Made by a program: the position numbers and the translations under genes. A DNA stretch of 64,000 bases from the human T2T-CHM13v2.0 reference genome, Homo sapiens. Every line of letters starts with the position of its first letter. The first letter of the stretch is position 1. Shown piece after piece: positions 1 to 16,182 of this stretch. The notes under the pieces are model-generated. The model searched no databases, had not been told where the DNA came from, and saw nothing but the letters and a program-made list of their open reading frames with translations. The stretch lies in assembly GCF_009914755.1 (NCBI RefSeq), contig NC_060933.1. The stretch is one strand, 5' to 3'.

Positions 1-27
1 ATACATAGAGACAGCAGACCTGGATGG
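1..27 (+). pseudogene. ATP8B5P: ATP8B5P exon, 3' end (YIETADLDG)
   Basis: A-domain DG(ET) motif followed by donor gtaag at 28. Confidence 0.85.
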
Positions 28-764
28 GTAAGTGTTCCCTCCTGATGCTCCATTAAGATGATTTAGCCAGCTTAGAGTGGTCTCTCACTGAGGGACAGCA
101 TTAGGCAGGGAATTAATTTTATTCTCAGATGGAATATTGAATAGGTGAGCCAGAGAGCCTAGAAATATCCAGATAAGAGAAGATGGACACCACATCGTTG
201 GGACCCTCAAGTCTAAGACTGAGCTCTTGACAGGAACAATTGAGCATTCACTGGGCACAGAATAGGGCAAATAAACCCCACATTCTCCATCTCTAAATTG
301 GAGACACTCTGGCCATATTCTATAAGGCTGAGTAGCAGGAAAGAGGATAACAGAACTGTAACATTTCAGAGTACAGTTTCAAAGTTTCCAAGGGAAAAAA
401 TGTGAATATAAACATATCTATTCACTGATAAAATACCATGTTCTATAAAGGATTTAAGGTAGACATTTATTAACATCCAAAAGCTAAGGTCTTAGGAGGA
501 TAGAGCCATCTGCAGAAAGCTTATCCTGGAGAGTTTTGTATTGATCTTCATTCCTACAACTGTACTTCTTGATGCACACAATTTTTTGAAACATGGATTC
601 CATTTTTCTTTTTGTCTATGCATTCCAGCAAGCAGTTACTTAAGAGCCTGTCATGGGCCCCATAAATATTTATGAGGTGTGGAGTATGTTTCCTCGGAGG
701 TATGTGCAAGTTTTTACCAGGATCTGCTCCTTATTCTTTTTTTAAAAAATTAAATTTAATTAAA

Positions 765-886
765 AAAAATAGAGACAGGGTCTCGCTGTGTTGTCCAGGC
801 TGGCCTTGAACTCCTGAGCTCAAGTGATCCTCCCGCCTTGGCCTTCCAAACTGCTAGGATCACAGGCGTGAGCAACCATGTCTGGC
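765..886 (-). mobile_element. Alu monomer (FLAM/AluJ-like)
   Basis: Left-arm Alu sequence in reverse; flanked by ctccttattctt. Confidence 0.8.
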
Positions 887-898
887 CATACTCCTTAT

Positions 899-900
<2 letters not shown>

Positions 901-931
<31 letters not shown>

Positions 932-1190
932 AGATGGAGTCTAGCTCTGTTCCCCAGGCTGGAGTACAGTGGTGCAGTCTCGGCTCACTGCAAGCTCCGC
1001 CTCCCAGGTTCATGCCATTCTCCTGCCTCAGCCTCCCTAGTAGCTGAGACTACAGGCGCCCACCACCACGCCCAGCTAATTTTTTGTATTTTTAGTAGAG
1101 ACAGGGTTTCACTGTGTTAGCCAGGATGGTCTCGATCTCCTGACCTCGTGATCCGCCCACCTCGGCCTCCCAAAGTGCTGGGATTACAGG
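901..1190 (-). mobile_element. AluY-like, slightly 5'-truncated
   Basis: Long poly-T; AluY-type catgccattctcctgcc; TSD catactccttattctt at 887-902 and 1191-1206. Confidence 0.9.
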
Positions 1191-1551
1191 CATACTCCTT
1201 ATTCTTGAAGGGAGCAGGTACTATCTCCAGGTTGTTTATGATGTTTCTTCAGCCTCTCTAGAGCACCTGACCAGCTAGATCTCATGAGTTGATTAAGTAG
1301 TGGCAGTGTGTTGCAGAGAGTGAGAGGAAAGAGACGGGAGTGAGTGAGCTAACACTCAGCTTCCTTGAAGAGCCATCTCACCTCAATACTGAGAGAGAAG
1401 CAGTGGGAGTGACTTTTACAGCTCAGACTCATAGCCCAGTCTCTACTGGTAACATCTATTTTCTAAAACCCCATGAAAAAGTAGGAGATACTGCACCCGT
1501 ACAACAGTTCTGTTTGTGTCCTGTACAGTGGTCACTTGTCTTTTACTCTAG

Positions 1552-1634
1552 TGAAACCAACCTGAAAGTGAAGCAGGCCATCTCAGTTACCAGTGACATG
1601 GAAGATCGCCTGGAGCTTCTGTCTACCTTTAATG
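1552..1634 (+). pseudogene. ATP8B5P: ATP8B5P exon (ETNLKVKQAISVTSDMEDRLELLSTFNG)
   Basis: ctctag acceptor and gtgag donor; completes DGETNLK in phase with the previous exon. Confidence 0.9.
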
Positions 1635-2379
1635 GTGAGTTAGGAAATGGGTTTTCCTACCTAAATTTTCATCAGTAGAGTACTGGTTAAATAAAGTATG
1701 GTACATCCATAGTGATTTCTATACAACTTATTACAACAATATGCAAGTTGATATTTATTGAAATATAAAAAATACAACATGTAATTAAAAGAAAAATACA
1801 ATTTACAAAAGACTGCATAGTGTATATAACATAAACCTGTTTTTGGAAATATAGGTATGTTTATGAGTACTTACATAGAAAAAACATAGAAGGATGTACT
1901 TCAAAAGGTAAATAGCACTTTTCTCAAGACAGTGAATGAATTTTACTTCCTTCTTTACCATTTTAGTATTACTTAAACATTTACAAAGGGCATATTTACT
2001 TTACTAATCAGGAAAATGTCAAGTTGTTTCCATTTTGAAAAAAAATACTAGGTTCGCTTTGAGTCGTTTTTGAGTTTCTTCAGATTCAGAGCTCTTATGA
2101 TCTGGCAGTACTGATGTCACCATCATGTGGGGTTTTCTCTCTCTCTGGATGATCCATGTCACATACAGAATTATTCTTCTTTAGTTCCCAGAAACCTTTG
2201 TCTGCCTTTCTTGAAGGAGCTGGTGAGAAATGGGCAGTAACTGAGAGAGGATAGGAAAAAGATGTGTATGTATTTTGAAAGAAGAATTTTATTTCCTCCT
2301 TTCTATTAAGTCTCCTTTCATCCTTAGGAAAAGCCTAAGATTAGAGATCCAGAACTCTTACACCTTCATTTTTCTGCAG

Positions 2380-2538
2380 GAGAAGTGAGATGTGAGGCTC
2401 CCAATAACAAATTGGACAAATTCTCAGGAATACTGACCTATAAGGGGAAAAACTACTTCCTGGACCATGACAAGCTGCTACTCTGAGGCTGCAACATCAG
2501 GAATACAGATTGGTGCTATGGCTTGGTGATCTACACTG
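2380..2538 (+). pseudogene. ATP8B5P: ATP8B5P exon with premature stop (EVRCEAPNNKLDKF...LLL*GCNIRNTDWCYGLVIYTG)
   Basis: ctgcag acceptor and gtacg donor; TGA at 2484-2486 replaces the conserved Arg of LLLRGC. Confidence 0.9.
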
Positions 2539-4615
2539 GTACGTTTCCCTTGGCCCCCAGCCTGCTAAATTCCATTCATGGCTGAGCTATGGGTACTTAG
2601 TTTTCAGGATGTGGATATGACACTCAGATATATTTCAGAACACTATGGTTTTGAGATAGATAGGCAGGTAGAAGGATGGATGGATGGATGGATGGGAGAT
2701 TTGTGGGAAAAAACCTTGTTTCTTAGGGAAAAAAAGTGCCTTCTGTTTCCAAGCAATGAACTTCCAACATATCGGTTCTACCTTTGTTAGAGGAAGGCAT
2801 TGTGTTCCAAAACCACAGGGCATCCATGAGTCTCTTTAACAAGATCTGGACACAGGAGAGGGTATACATACAGAGGAAGTATGATAGAATTACCATGTGA
2901 AGGGGGAGAGTATACATATGAACTATTCCCATGAAGAGAGGATGGACACAATGCTTATTATAGAGAAAAATATAATGTAAAAAGTTCATGCCACAGAAAA
3001 GTCACATATGGATCATTAATAGTGGCCCCTCTTGAGATGTTATTTAGAACCACAATTCATTATATTTAGTAAGAGATTTTCTTGGGTTATGATGTGGTTC
3101 AGGAAAATGGAGGAAGCCTCTGTGCTGCCCCATTCTCTCAGTGACAACAACCATAGTAGGAAATATCAAGAAAGATTTACCACAGTGAATATTATTCAAC
3201 TCAGATTCCCAGAGCTCCCCTTCTAGAGCATCTACTCCTAGACATGAGGCTTTTAGACTCCTTGCTTCTGTGAAAAGTAATGAGACCAAATCCCTAGGGA
3301 GAAGCTTAAGCGTCTAGGGAGGCCCTGGTGGAACTTCCTTCATTGGTTCTTGATCTAGAGTGGCAATGACTAGGCTACCTAATTCCCAAACTCAAAAGAC
3401 TTAAATTAGACTTACTTTCTTCACTGTATGTACTTCAGCAGCTACTCACACACAATTGCCACTCATAAAAGCTCATTTTTCAGCGAAAGGTTTTTTTCCT
3501 GAAAGCAATAACAGTGGGGCTGCCAACCAGCACAAATGTAGTTAAGTTTTCCCAAGGTTGGTTACATGGTAGTGAGTATCTTTGGGAAGCTCTGAGCAGA
3601 GAACTAATGCCACCTAAAAGCATTTTGAGGTGTTTGCATGGAATTGAGTTGCTGTTCCTGCTACATGATGTCCAAGTTCTGTGATGATTTCTACCTTCTT
3701 CCTGAAGCCTGGGGTAAGGTCAGTCTAAGGACCCTTAGAAGATATGGTCCCTGTAGCTTCCAGGCTATGAGCCAAACTTCTCATATCTTGAAGCCCTTCA
3801 AGGAATGCTTAAGAGGAAAGAATGTCATAGCTTATGCTCTGCACTCCCACTGTTTGCCCACATATCAGAGATGTCCCAGCTCCCCATGTGTAAACATTGA
3901 TGAAATTCCTTTTTCTGTCCTTTATCAGAACACATGTTAGAATAATGGTCAGATGGTGAAAGGCCAGAGAAATTATTGCTTACAGTTTCTTCTAAACCTC
4001 TTACATTTTCTCTGGAGCCATAGCTCGAATTAGTAATTTCCAGCTCTAGTCCCATTGGCCATTAAAAGCTCCTTACTTCTGCCTACCATCTGTCCTGTCA
4101 TGAAGAAACATGGAATCTCTGTCTCTCAGCTCCAGAGGAGTCTCAGCTCCCCTGCTTCCACCTCAGAAGAAATCACTGCCATTGCCTTTTCGTTTCTTCC
4201 ATTCCGAGTTAGAAACTTTCAGTATAGCCTGAGCCAGCAGTGAGCTTTCTCAAAAGATGATGGGGATCTCTTTATCAGAAAATTCCTTCTCTAAGCTAAA
4301 TAAACCAGATGGTGATAAGAGAGAAGCTTGCAACTCCTCTTCTAATTTAACGCATCTATGAAAGTTGAGACTGTCTGAGGTGCTACAAAGAGAGGGATCT
4401 GCATGAATGTACTTTACAGAAGTCATTGGAACTATCCTTAGAAAAAATTTTCCGTTTTTTGAGTTATTGAAAACCGTGAGCCTTTCTCTAGGGCTTTATC
4501 CTCTAGCATTGGAAAGTGGTTAGATTAGATTATCATAAAGGTACAGTTCAGCCAATTCCAAGCCTCTGAGTATATTCAGTGATTCTAATATCTGATATCT
4601 TCCTGTTTTATTTAG

Positions 4616-4704
4616 GGCCAGATACCAAATTAATGCAGAATAGTGGAAAGTCCACTTTTAAACGAACACAGATAGACCATCTCATGAATGTCCTTGTACT
4701 CTGG
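4616..4704 (+). pseudogene. ATP8B5P: ATP8B5P exon (GPDTKLMQNSGKSTFKRTQIDHLMNVLVLW)
   Basis: tttag acceptor and gtaag donor; conserved DTKLMQN...KRT.ID motif. Confidence 0.9.
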
Positions 4705-4818
4705 GTAAGTTAAATACTTTTTTTTCTTTGTTTCTTTACAAATAGACATACTTCCCTTCCTTTCACAGGAGAAATGGTATTTCCAGTTCAGAATTTAGCT
4801 GTTTGAAAGTCTCAAGCA

Positions 4819-6259
4819 CAGCTTCAAGTGAAGTTAATCTGAGGTGAAGCAAACAGAAAATTGTGGAGGTTTTGTTGGTGTGCAATGGAGGAACATGGCT
4901 CAAGAAACTAATCACAGCCAAGTACCTATGCTTTGTTCCACTGGCTGCGGATTTTATGGAAACCCTCGTACAAATGGCACGTGTTCAGTATGCTATAAAG
5001 AACATCTTCAAAGACTGAATAGTAGTAATGGTAGAATAAGCCAACCTGCAACCTCTGAATCTTTACCAGTTCAATGCACAGATGGCAGTGTCCCAGAAGC
5101 CCAGTCAACATTAGACTCTACATCTTCATCTATGCAGCCAAGCCCTGTATCAAATCAGTCACTTTTATCAGAATCTGTAGCATCTTCTCAATTGGACAGT
5201 ACATCTGTGGACAAGCAGTACCTGAAACAGAAGATCTGCAGGCTTCAGTATCAGACATGGCACAGCAGCCATCTGAAGAGCAAAGCAAGTCTCTTGAAAA
5301 ACCAAAACAAAAAAAGAATCTCTGTTTCATGTGCAGGAAGAAAGTGGGACTTACTAGGTTTGAATGCGGTGTAGAAATGTTTACTGTGGTGTACACTGTT
5401 ACTCAGATCTACACAATTGCTCTTAAAATTACAAAGCTGATGCCGCTGAGAAAATCAGAAAAGAAAATCCAGTAGTTGTTGGCGAGAAGATCCAAAAGAT
5501 TTGAACTCCTGCTGGAATACAAAATTCTTGATCATCTGCAAACTAAAAATTGACTTGAGGTTTTTTTTTCCCTAGTCATTGGGAAAGTAGAGCAGTGTAT
5601 CTTGCATGTCATCGGATGAATAGATTTTTGTTTTGATTTTGTTTTGAAAATGACTCTGAACATTTATTTCCATTGCAATTTCTGTGGCTGAGAAGACTTA
5701 AACTTTACAAGTATTATCCTTATAAGATCATTTTAATTTTAGTTGAGTGCAGAGGGCTTTTATAACAAACGTGCAGAAATTTTGGTGGACTGTGATTTTT
5801 CCAGTATTAAATATGCATGCATTAATCTTGCAGTTTATTTTCTCATTGTGTACATATATATTGCTTTTCTTTGCAGCACGATTTCTCTTTTGATAATGCC
5901 CTTTGGGGCACAACTAGTTATCGGTAACTGAATGTATCTTAATCATTATGGCTGCTTCTGTTTTTTCATTAACAAAGGTTATTCATATGTTAGCATATAG
6001 TTTCTTTGCACCCACTATTTATGTCTGAATCATTTGTCACGAGAGTGTGTGCTGATGAGATTCTAAGTTTGTGTGTTTAAACTTTTTTTTGAGCGAGGGA
6101 AGAAAAAGCTGTATGCATTTCATTGCTGTCTACAGGTTTCTTTCAGATTATGTTCATGGGTTTGTGTGTATACGATATGAAGAATGATCTGAAGTAATTG
6201 TGCTGTATTTATGTTTATTCACCAGTCTTTGATTAAATAAAAAGGAAAACCAGAAAAAA
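4819..6259 (+). pseudogene. ZFAND6P1: Processed pseudogene of ZFAND6 (A20 + AN1 zinc fingers)
   Basis: Intronless; ATG 4895 MAQETNHSQVPMLCSTGCGFYGNPRTNG to ...GEKIQKI* (stop 5502-5504); frameshifts near 5213 and 5368; long 3'UTR, AATAAA 6236, short A tail; TSD aaagtctcaagca at 4806-4818 and 6260-6272. The P1 suffix is from memory. Confidence 0.92.
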
Positions 6260-7338
6260 AAAGTCTCAAGCAGTCTTAGGATCCCAGAGATTAAGATCTG
6301 AGGCAGAAAAGAACAGACAAATTACAAGAGAGTCTAGCTTACGCCTGTTAGGAAGAATAGTCACAAAGTGTTTAAAAAGATATCATGCTTTGATTAGTGG
6401 TACAAGAATGGATCAAGGACCCAGTTTAGAAATTAAGACATATTTTTATTTTCTCATAATCAGTTTTACTCATGACCACTTTAATAAAACCTTACTTAGA
6501 CTAATAGAACACCTTGTTTGAACTGATGATTTTCAAACTCTTTTCTTAGAGGAGTCTTAAGGTCTGGTGCAGTGGGAATAGGGAAGATCAAGTGGATTTT
6601 ATTCTATCCTCCTCATTTTGAAGTTCTTGCTTTAAAAAGAACAGCTTCATGTTTATCTATTTTATGAAATTTCAGTTGTAAAAATAGAAGGGGGTTCTAT
6701 TAAGAAGTGAAATTTGAAAAGCACTGCAATATATAATAATCAGCTTTGATAATAGATGTTTAAATTGAAGACTAGTTAATAAATTATTTCTATGCTGTCT
6801 GATATAAGCTGCCTTTATTCTTATTAGTTATAGACAGATTAATTTCCTCTCTTAAACAGCTTCTTTGCATAGCTGAGCAGTTCCTGTAATGCCTACACTT
6901 GATCTCATAACTTTTCATGTTTATTTTTACTCTATTATTTAGACTCTGAAAACTCAAAAAAAAACCTTTTCTTTGTACACTCTTATCATTAATATCTGAA
7001 TTATAAACTGCCTTTTTTCTTTATTATGGGAAACATCCCAGATCCTTTTCAAAATCCTTTGGATCTAGCAAAAGGGGTTTTAGAAAATTAGGAAGGTTCA
7101 TTCAGCTCAGAATCTAGTATTCGTTCATTATACTTCTCTTTCTATTATGGAGTAAGTAGTTTTCAGCAGTTGATCAAAGTTCCATTTCCTAGTTTCTTAA
7201 TGAAGAAGACAATCATGGTCAAGAATTAAGGAAGGTAACATGGGCAAATATGCTTTTGACAACATTAGCAACATACATCATTAGACAGTAAGCTAGGTCA
7301 TTTAGCCTAGGCTTGTCTTCAAAACAGGATGTCTTCAA

Positions 7339-7470
7339 ATGGGTGTGATGGCACACACCTGTAATCCCAGCAGGTTGGGAGGCCGAGGCAGGAGGATTGT
7401 TCAAGCCTGGAAGTTTGAGAGCAGCCTGGGAAACAGTGAGACCCCATCTCTATAAAAAACAACAACGAAA
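7339..7470 (+). mobile_element. Alu monomer (FLAM/AluJ-like)
   Basis: cacctgtaatcccagc...gagaccccatctcta followed by an A-rich tail. Confidence 0.75.
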
Positions 7471-7481
7471 CACAAAAACAC

Positions 7482-10563
<3,082 letters not shown>

Positions 10564-11056
10564 TGTTATATATAAAGTTTTGGTACCACAAAGAAATAGC
10601 ACTCAAATATAAAATTTTCTTTTTAATTCTCAGCAAGGCAAGTTACTTCTATATAGAAGGGTGCGCCCTTACAGATGGAACAATGGTGAGCGCACACTTG
10701 GACAAGGGAGGGGAAGGGGTTCTTATCCCTGGCTCACGTGGCCCCTGCTGCTGTGTTGTTCCCCTATTGGCTAGGGTTAGACCGCACAGGCTAAACTAAT
10801 TCCAATTGGCTAAAGAGAATGATGGGGTGAGTGCTTTGGTGGGAGTCACGGCAGAGAAGGTAGCAGGTAGCAGGTAATTGGAATGAGTTAGGGTGGAGCA
10901 GGTGATTGGAATGTAGGGTGGAGCAGGTGATCAGAATGAGTCAGGGTGGAGTATATAATCGAAAAAGGTTGCTTAAAGAGGAAGTTTAAAAGTAGAAGAA
11001 TTGAACATATGGACATATTAATTCTTTGAAAAGAAATTTAAAACTCATTTCTAATA
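10564..11056 (-). mobile_element. 3' LTR (LTR10A/F-like)
   Basis: Matches 16755-17235; AP-1 motif TGAGTCA at 10937-10943. Confidence 0.85.
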
Positions 11057-11139
11057 ATCCCTTCCCTTGTATTTCCTTACAGCTTTCTTTTCAAACTTTT
11101 TTTTTAACATGTCTTGGCTTAGTTGTTTTGCTTGATTTT

Positions 11140-13050
11140 CTAAAAGAAGCAGCTTCTCTGGATAAGGTGGAAGATAGTTAAGGGAGGTTTTAGTAAGTGC
11201 CATTTTTATGAGCCTCTGCATCTACTTAAGGATGCATGGTATGACACAGCACCTGACAAGAATAAATACACCTATTACAGCTGTGAGAGAAGTAAGACTT
11301 GAGGCTATCATTCCATCTACCGAACTTTTTTTTAGCCATCCTGTAAAGGGGTCATTTACCCCTGAGTTGCTGGCTAACTCATTGGATAGAGCAGTCAGAC
11401 CTTGCAATGCTTTTGTTATACTTTTATTACGGGTGGTGGTGTTTGGGATGAAGGTGTAACGCTGAGTTTTAATCATGACGCAAACTCCTCTTCTTTCTGC
11501 TAATATCATGTCTAAGGCTATCCTATTTTCCCAAGCCACCTGGCTATTAGCCCCTAATTGCTCAGCTATTCCTTTAACAGCATCTCTAATGTAGTTAATA
11601 AATCGCTGTTGATTGTAATAGATGTAGTTTATCCAATCTACATTTTATTAATTGTCACCCACCAAAATATTGACTCAAATCCTGCAGCTATTTGATTTTG
11701 GGCTTTAAATTGATCTGGTATTCCCCGTGGGACTTTAATTGTGTCTAAATAGACGTGAGAGTTGAAAGACCTATAATGGGCTTCTCTCGCTTTACAATGT
11801 CTAATTTTTCTGGTTGATGAAATGCCAGGGTGAAAGGGATAGCCAACTGGACTAAAGCACAAGTGCCACTCCAGTTATTTGGCAGAGTGTCCAGTAAAGG
11901 TCCACCACACATCCACTTGGGGATGAACAAGGGCTGACTGATTGATAAGCTCTTGAAAATTCTTAAGCTCACTGCTTCCCTTCAGGTCTCCAAGGAACAC
12001 TAAGTTTCCTCCCTGTCATGAGAGACACGAAGGGAACTTAGTGTTAGGAGATGGAAACTGGATGGCCCTTGGGGGCTGACCCGCAGGGTGCCAGAGTTCG
12101 GGATATAGCAGAGTGAGAGCTTGGCATGACTTGTTACCCCAGGCTGTAGAATCTTGGAAAAGAGCTACCATGCAGCCCATGCCTGGTTGACTGGAGGACC
12201 ACCCTAGTGGAAAGGGGACAGTCTGGGCCTCTGGCCTGCCGTGCACACAAGCCTAACAATTGTTTTTGTTTAACGTGCGGACAGAATAGTTGATCCATTT
12301 CAACCAGGCATTTACATCCTTAGTATCCTGTCTCAATTGCCAAAGTTTGTTTTAAGTCTTTAACTTCTACCATCACTATCTTGGCCTTGTCACTAGATGG
12401 AGGAGGATCAATGGTTCCATTGTGAGAGGTTTTGGAAAAAGGCTTAGAGGCAGATGTAGGCGGCAGGGGATCAAGGAAATGCATTTTAAAGAATCCAATA
12501 GGGTCTGTCCCTGAAACCTCAGCCCCCATACCATAAAACTGGCTTAAACAAGGGAACCGGCTTAGAAAAGGGGAGAACTTTGGGGGCTTGAAATAATAGC
12601 CTGTATAGGGTTGCACTGGTTTAGCTGACAGTTAGGGGGGCTGTCCCTTTAGTAAAATGAATGTATCGTTTTAGGAAATTATAAAAACTGGTTGGGGCAG
12701 TCTATCCTTGCTCTTTAGTGGTCCACAGAACGTTGGACCAACTACGGCATAAAAGCTCTACATCGGGGGGCAAGACTCATGGTTGACACTGGGGTCTTTA
12801 TCAAAATCTCCCTGGATTAAATGGTCCCAATTTACTAATGCCCATTCTGAGGAGAGTCAGGAGGGACAGAGGTACTTTTCTGAAGTAGAGAGCTGTCTTT
12901 GACTTGGCAAGTCCCCACAAGGTATAACAAGGCAAGCATTAAATGCAGTAGTTTGAGGTGAAATTGACTTGGTTATGTTAATAACTGGATGGTCAGCAAT
13001 AGAGCGAGGAAAGAAGAAAAAGTAATGGAATAGATGAAAGAGTTAAATTT
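11140..13050 (-). pseudogene. Disrupted gamma-type env of the provirus
   Basis: Immunosuppressive-domain-like WENRIALDMILAERRGVC, hydrophobic TM segment, WSGTCALVQL, QIAAGFES; several frameshifts. Confidence 0.85.
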
Positions 13051-14023
13051 TTCTTAGCTTTAGTTTGGTAGGGTTTTCCCCTGGGATTGTGGCCCAGGAC
13101 TCTGGAGGGAGTGGCGCTTTGACTCGTGTGTGATGAGTCCATCCCTTTTTCACTGTATGAACAGCAGTCTCGGTGGTTAGCAGCACAAGGTAGGGTCCTT
13201 CCCATGCTGGCTCGAGTTTTCCTTCTTTCCACTTTTTGATGAGAACGTGATCTTCAGGCTGGTGCTGGTTTACTGGAAATTCTAGGGGTGGTACCTGTGC
13301 TAAAAGACTTTTAGTTTTGAGGGAAGATAAACCAAGTATATAATTTCTAAGAAATTGACCTTTTGTTTTAAACGTGGGGACATCAGCAGTGGACTTTATA
13401 GTCTTTGGTGCCTTCTTACTGAGAAATTTCCTTTAGCACCTATTTTTATTAGTTTTTAGACCAAAGAATGCCAAACACCATTTTATATTTAACAATGCTT
13501 CCTGTATGATTTTTATACCAGATAAGCTAAATTTCACCTTTATATTAGTGTGTTATTAATGTTAAACTTAATTTTAATAAAACCTTGTAGACATATTTAT
13601 CCAGTTTTTAATGTCTGACCATAAGGTAAGATTTTATAGACTCTTTTTAACCTTTTTTATAATTTTTGTTAAGGAGCAGGTTAGTGCTTTAGAAAAACCT
13701 GTTGTGCTTTTATTTTAATGTCTAGTTCACAGAAAAACTGGTTACCTCTTTAACTTTAGCTAATATGTTTACATACAGAATTTCCTTTACAATTAACGTT
13801 TTAAAACTTGCTTAGACCTTTAAAACAAAATATATATATTTTTCACCTTTTAATGTAGGTAAAAATTCACATTCTTATGCCTCCTTATAATCTTGTTACC
13901 AAAAGTATATTTTACTTTCCTTACACACCTTGCACATAAACTGTTTCTTCAATAGTTTTACATTTAGGAGGTCTAATTACTTTTAAATTATACAACATTT
14001 CTTGCATAAATTTCCTTTTATAA

Positions 14024-14377
<354 letters not shown>

Positions 14378-14719
14378 TCAACTTTGTGACTTGTTGCAAA
14401 CATCCCTTTTTTTTAAAAAACAATTAGTTAATTTATTTTAGGACAAGAATTTACCGTATAGCATTCTTTTTACATAAACTCTCCCCCCACCTCTTTTTTT
14501 CTTTTTCCTTTTTAAATTTTCCTAAAGATGATAACCATTCTTTTCTAAAGCGAACTTGCTTCATGTCTGTGGACTAGACTGCCTAAGGCCATAAGATTAG
14601 AAGTTAGGATAATACGTGTTATATTGATAACTTTTAGCAAACTTTACTTTTGTCGAAAACCTTCTAAGTTTGGGATTTCAATTATCCTTTGCTGTTAATA
14701 AGACCTTGTTTAGTCTAAA

Positions 14720-15430
14720 TTAACTTAGAATTGGTATAGATGGTTCCTTCCTGGTCTGTGAGTACGTCAAGGCTTGGCTGAGTGCAAACAGCTTGCAGGT
14801 TTGAGCAGACCAGTTATTAGGAAATTTTCCTAACTCTGCTTCTACAAGAGTTTCCCTATCAATTACTGAATACCCACTGTCGTTTGTTTTTTTTTTTTTC
14901 CCCTCAATCAACCGGGAGGAACCATCTATCGTCCTGTCCTGAAGAGGGTTCCTCCTAGGTCTGGTCGGACCTTTGTATGGTAATTAAGATTTAAATCCCC
15001 AGTTAGGAAACCTGCTGGGTTAAGGGAATTTTCAGTGGTTAATGATAAATCATCTTTTTCTAACAGAATAGCCCTATACTTTAAGATTTTTTAGTAAGCT
15101 ACCTTTTTGCTTTTTGACTTAGGATAGTTCTGAACTGGTGAGGTGTGCTCACAATGAGGTTTCCTCTAAAAGTTATTTTTCTACTTTCTTCTGTTAGTAA
15201 AGCAGTTGCCGCTATAGATTGAGTGCATTTGGGCCATCTGCTGGTTACTGGGTTAAGGATTTTTGATAGGAAGGCTACAGATTGTCAGTGGCCTCAGTGC
15301 TTTCGGGCTACACCCTTGTTTACACTGACAAAGAGGTGGTATTGGAGTGTTATAGGGTCACAGAGAAGACCTTCAATTATCAACTATAGGTTTTAAATTT
15401 ACCCTGGCTTTTAAAGGAATAGGGTACACT
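14720..15430 (-). pseudogene. Proviral pol remnants (RT N-terminus, RNase H)
   Basis: YPIPLKARVNLKPIV (RT start) and GYSVID...WSAQTCKLFALSQAL (RNase H SAQ.AEL.AL-like); gag and most of pol appear absent. Confidence 0.7.
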
Positions 15431-15454
15431 GTTTTTTTCTTTACTACTTCTATT

Positions 15455-15850
15455 TTTCTCTTTCTTTCTCTTTGACTTTCTCTCTTTCTCTCTTTGACTC
15501 CCTCTTTGTCTCTCTGCCTCTTTCCCCTCTCTCTCTGCCTCTCTTTCCCCTCTCTCTCTCTGCCTCTTCCCCCCCCCACACACCTCTCTTTCCCCTCTCT
15601 CTCTCCCTCTTTCCCCTCTCTGTCTCTCTCTGCCTCTTCCCCCCCACACACCTCTCTTTCCCCTCTCTCTCTGCCTCTTTCCCCTCTCTGTCTCTCTCTG
15701 CCTCTATCCCCTCTCTGTCTCTCTCTGCCTCTCTTCCCCCCCACCGCGTCTTTCCCTCTCTCTCTGTCTCTGCCTCTCTTTCCCTCTCTCCTCTCTGTCT
15801 CTATCTCGCTCTCCTCTCTGTCTGTCTCTCTCTGTCTCTCTCTCTCTTCC
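15455..15850. repeat. CT-rich (polypyrimidine) low-complexity repeat
   Basis: Iterated ctctctctgcctctttcccct units. Confidence 0.9.
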
Positions 15851-15934
15851 CCTAGGGTAGGGACCTACGGGAGTGGAACTACTCTCTCTTCCCCAAGAAG
15901 AAAGGAAAGGGCAGCGGTGGGGTTGTGTCAGGTT

Positions 15935-16182
15935 CAACCCTTGAAATTAGCAGAAGGCTCAACCCCTCAACACCAGGGATGTCTCACCTTGCCCGTCCTG
16001 GAAGGCTCAACCCCTCAAGCCAGGGGGTGTCTTGCCTGTCCTGGAAGGCTCAACCCCTCAAACCAGGGGGCATCTTGCCTTGTTTGCCCTGGAAGGCTCA
16101 ACCCCTCAAACTAGGGGGTGTCTTGCCTGTCCTGGAAGGCTCAACCCCTCAAACCAGGGGTGTCTTGCCTGTCCTGGAAGGT
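15935..16182. repeat. ~40-bp minisatellite in the proviral leader, about 6 copies
   Basis: Unit approximately cttgcctgtcctggaaggctcaacccctcaaaccagggggtgt. Confidence 0.9.

Noticed and set aside
756-1120. ORFs of 60-120 aa here and at most other Alus
   Set aside because: Typical Alu translations ([20 protein letters not shown]); not genes.
2674-2695. (GGAT)n microsatellite
   Set aside because: Short and ordinary.
4844-5475. ZFAND6 as a functional gene
   Set aside because: Intronless, with TSD, A tail and two frameshifts that destroy the AN1 finger.
15935-16182. Regularly spaced repeats resembling a CRISPR array
   Set aside because: No unique spacers, eukaryotic ERV context, no cas genes.
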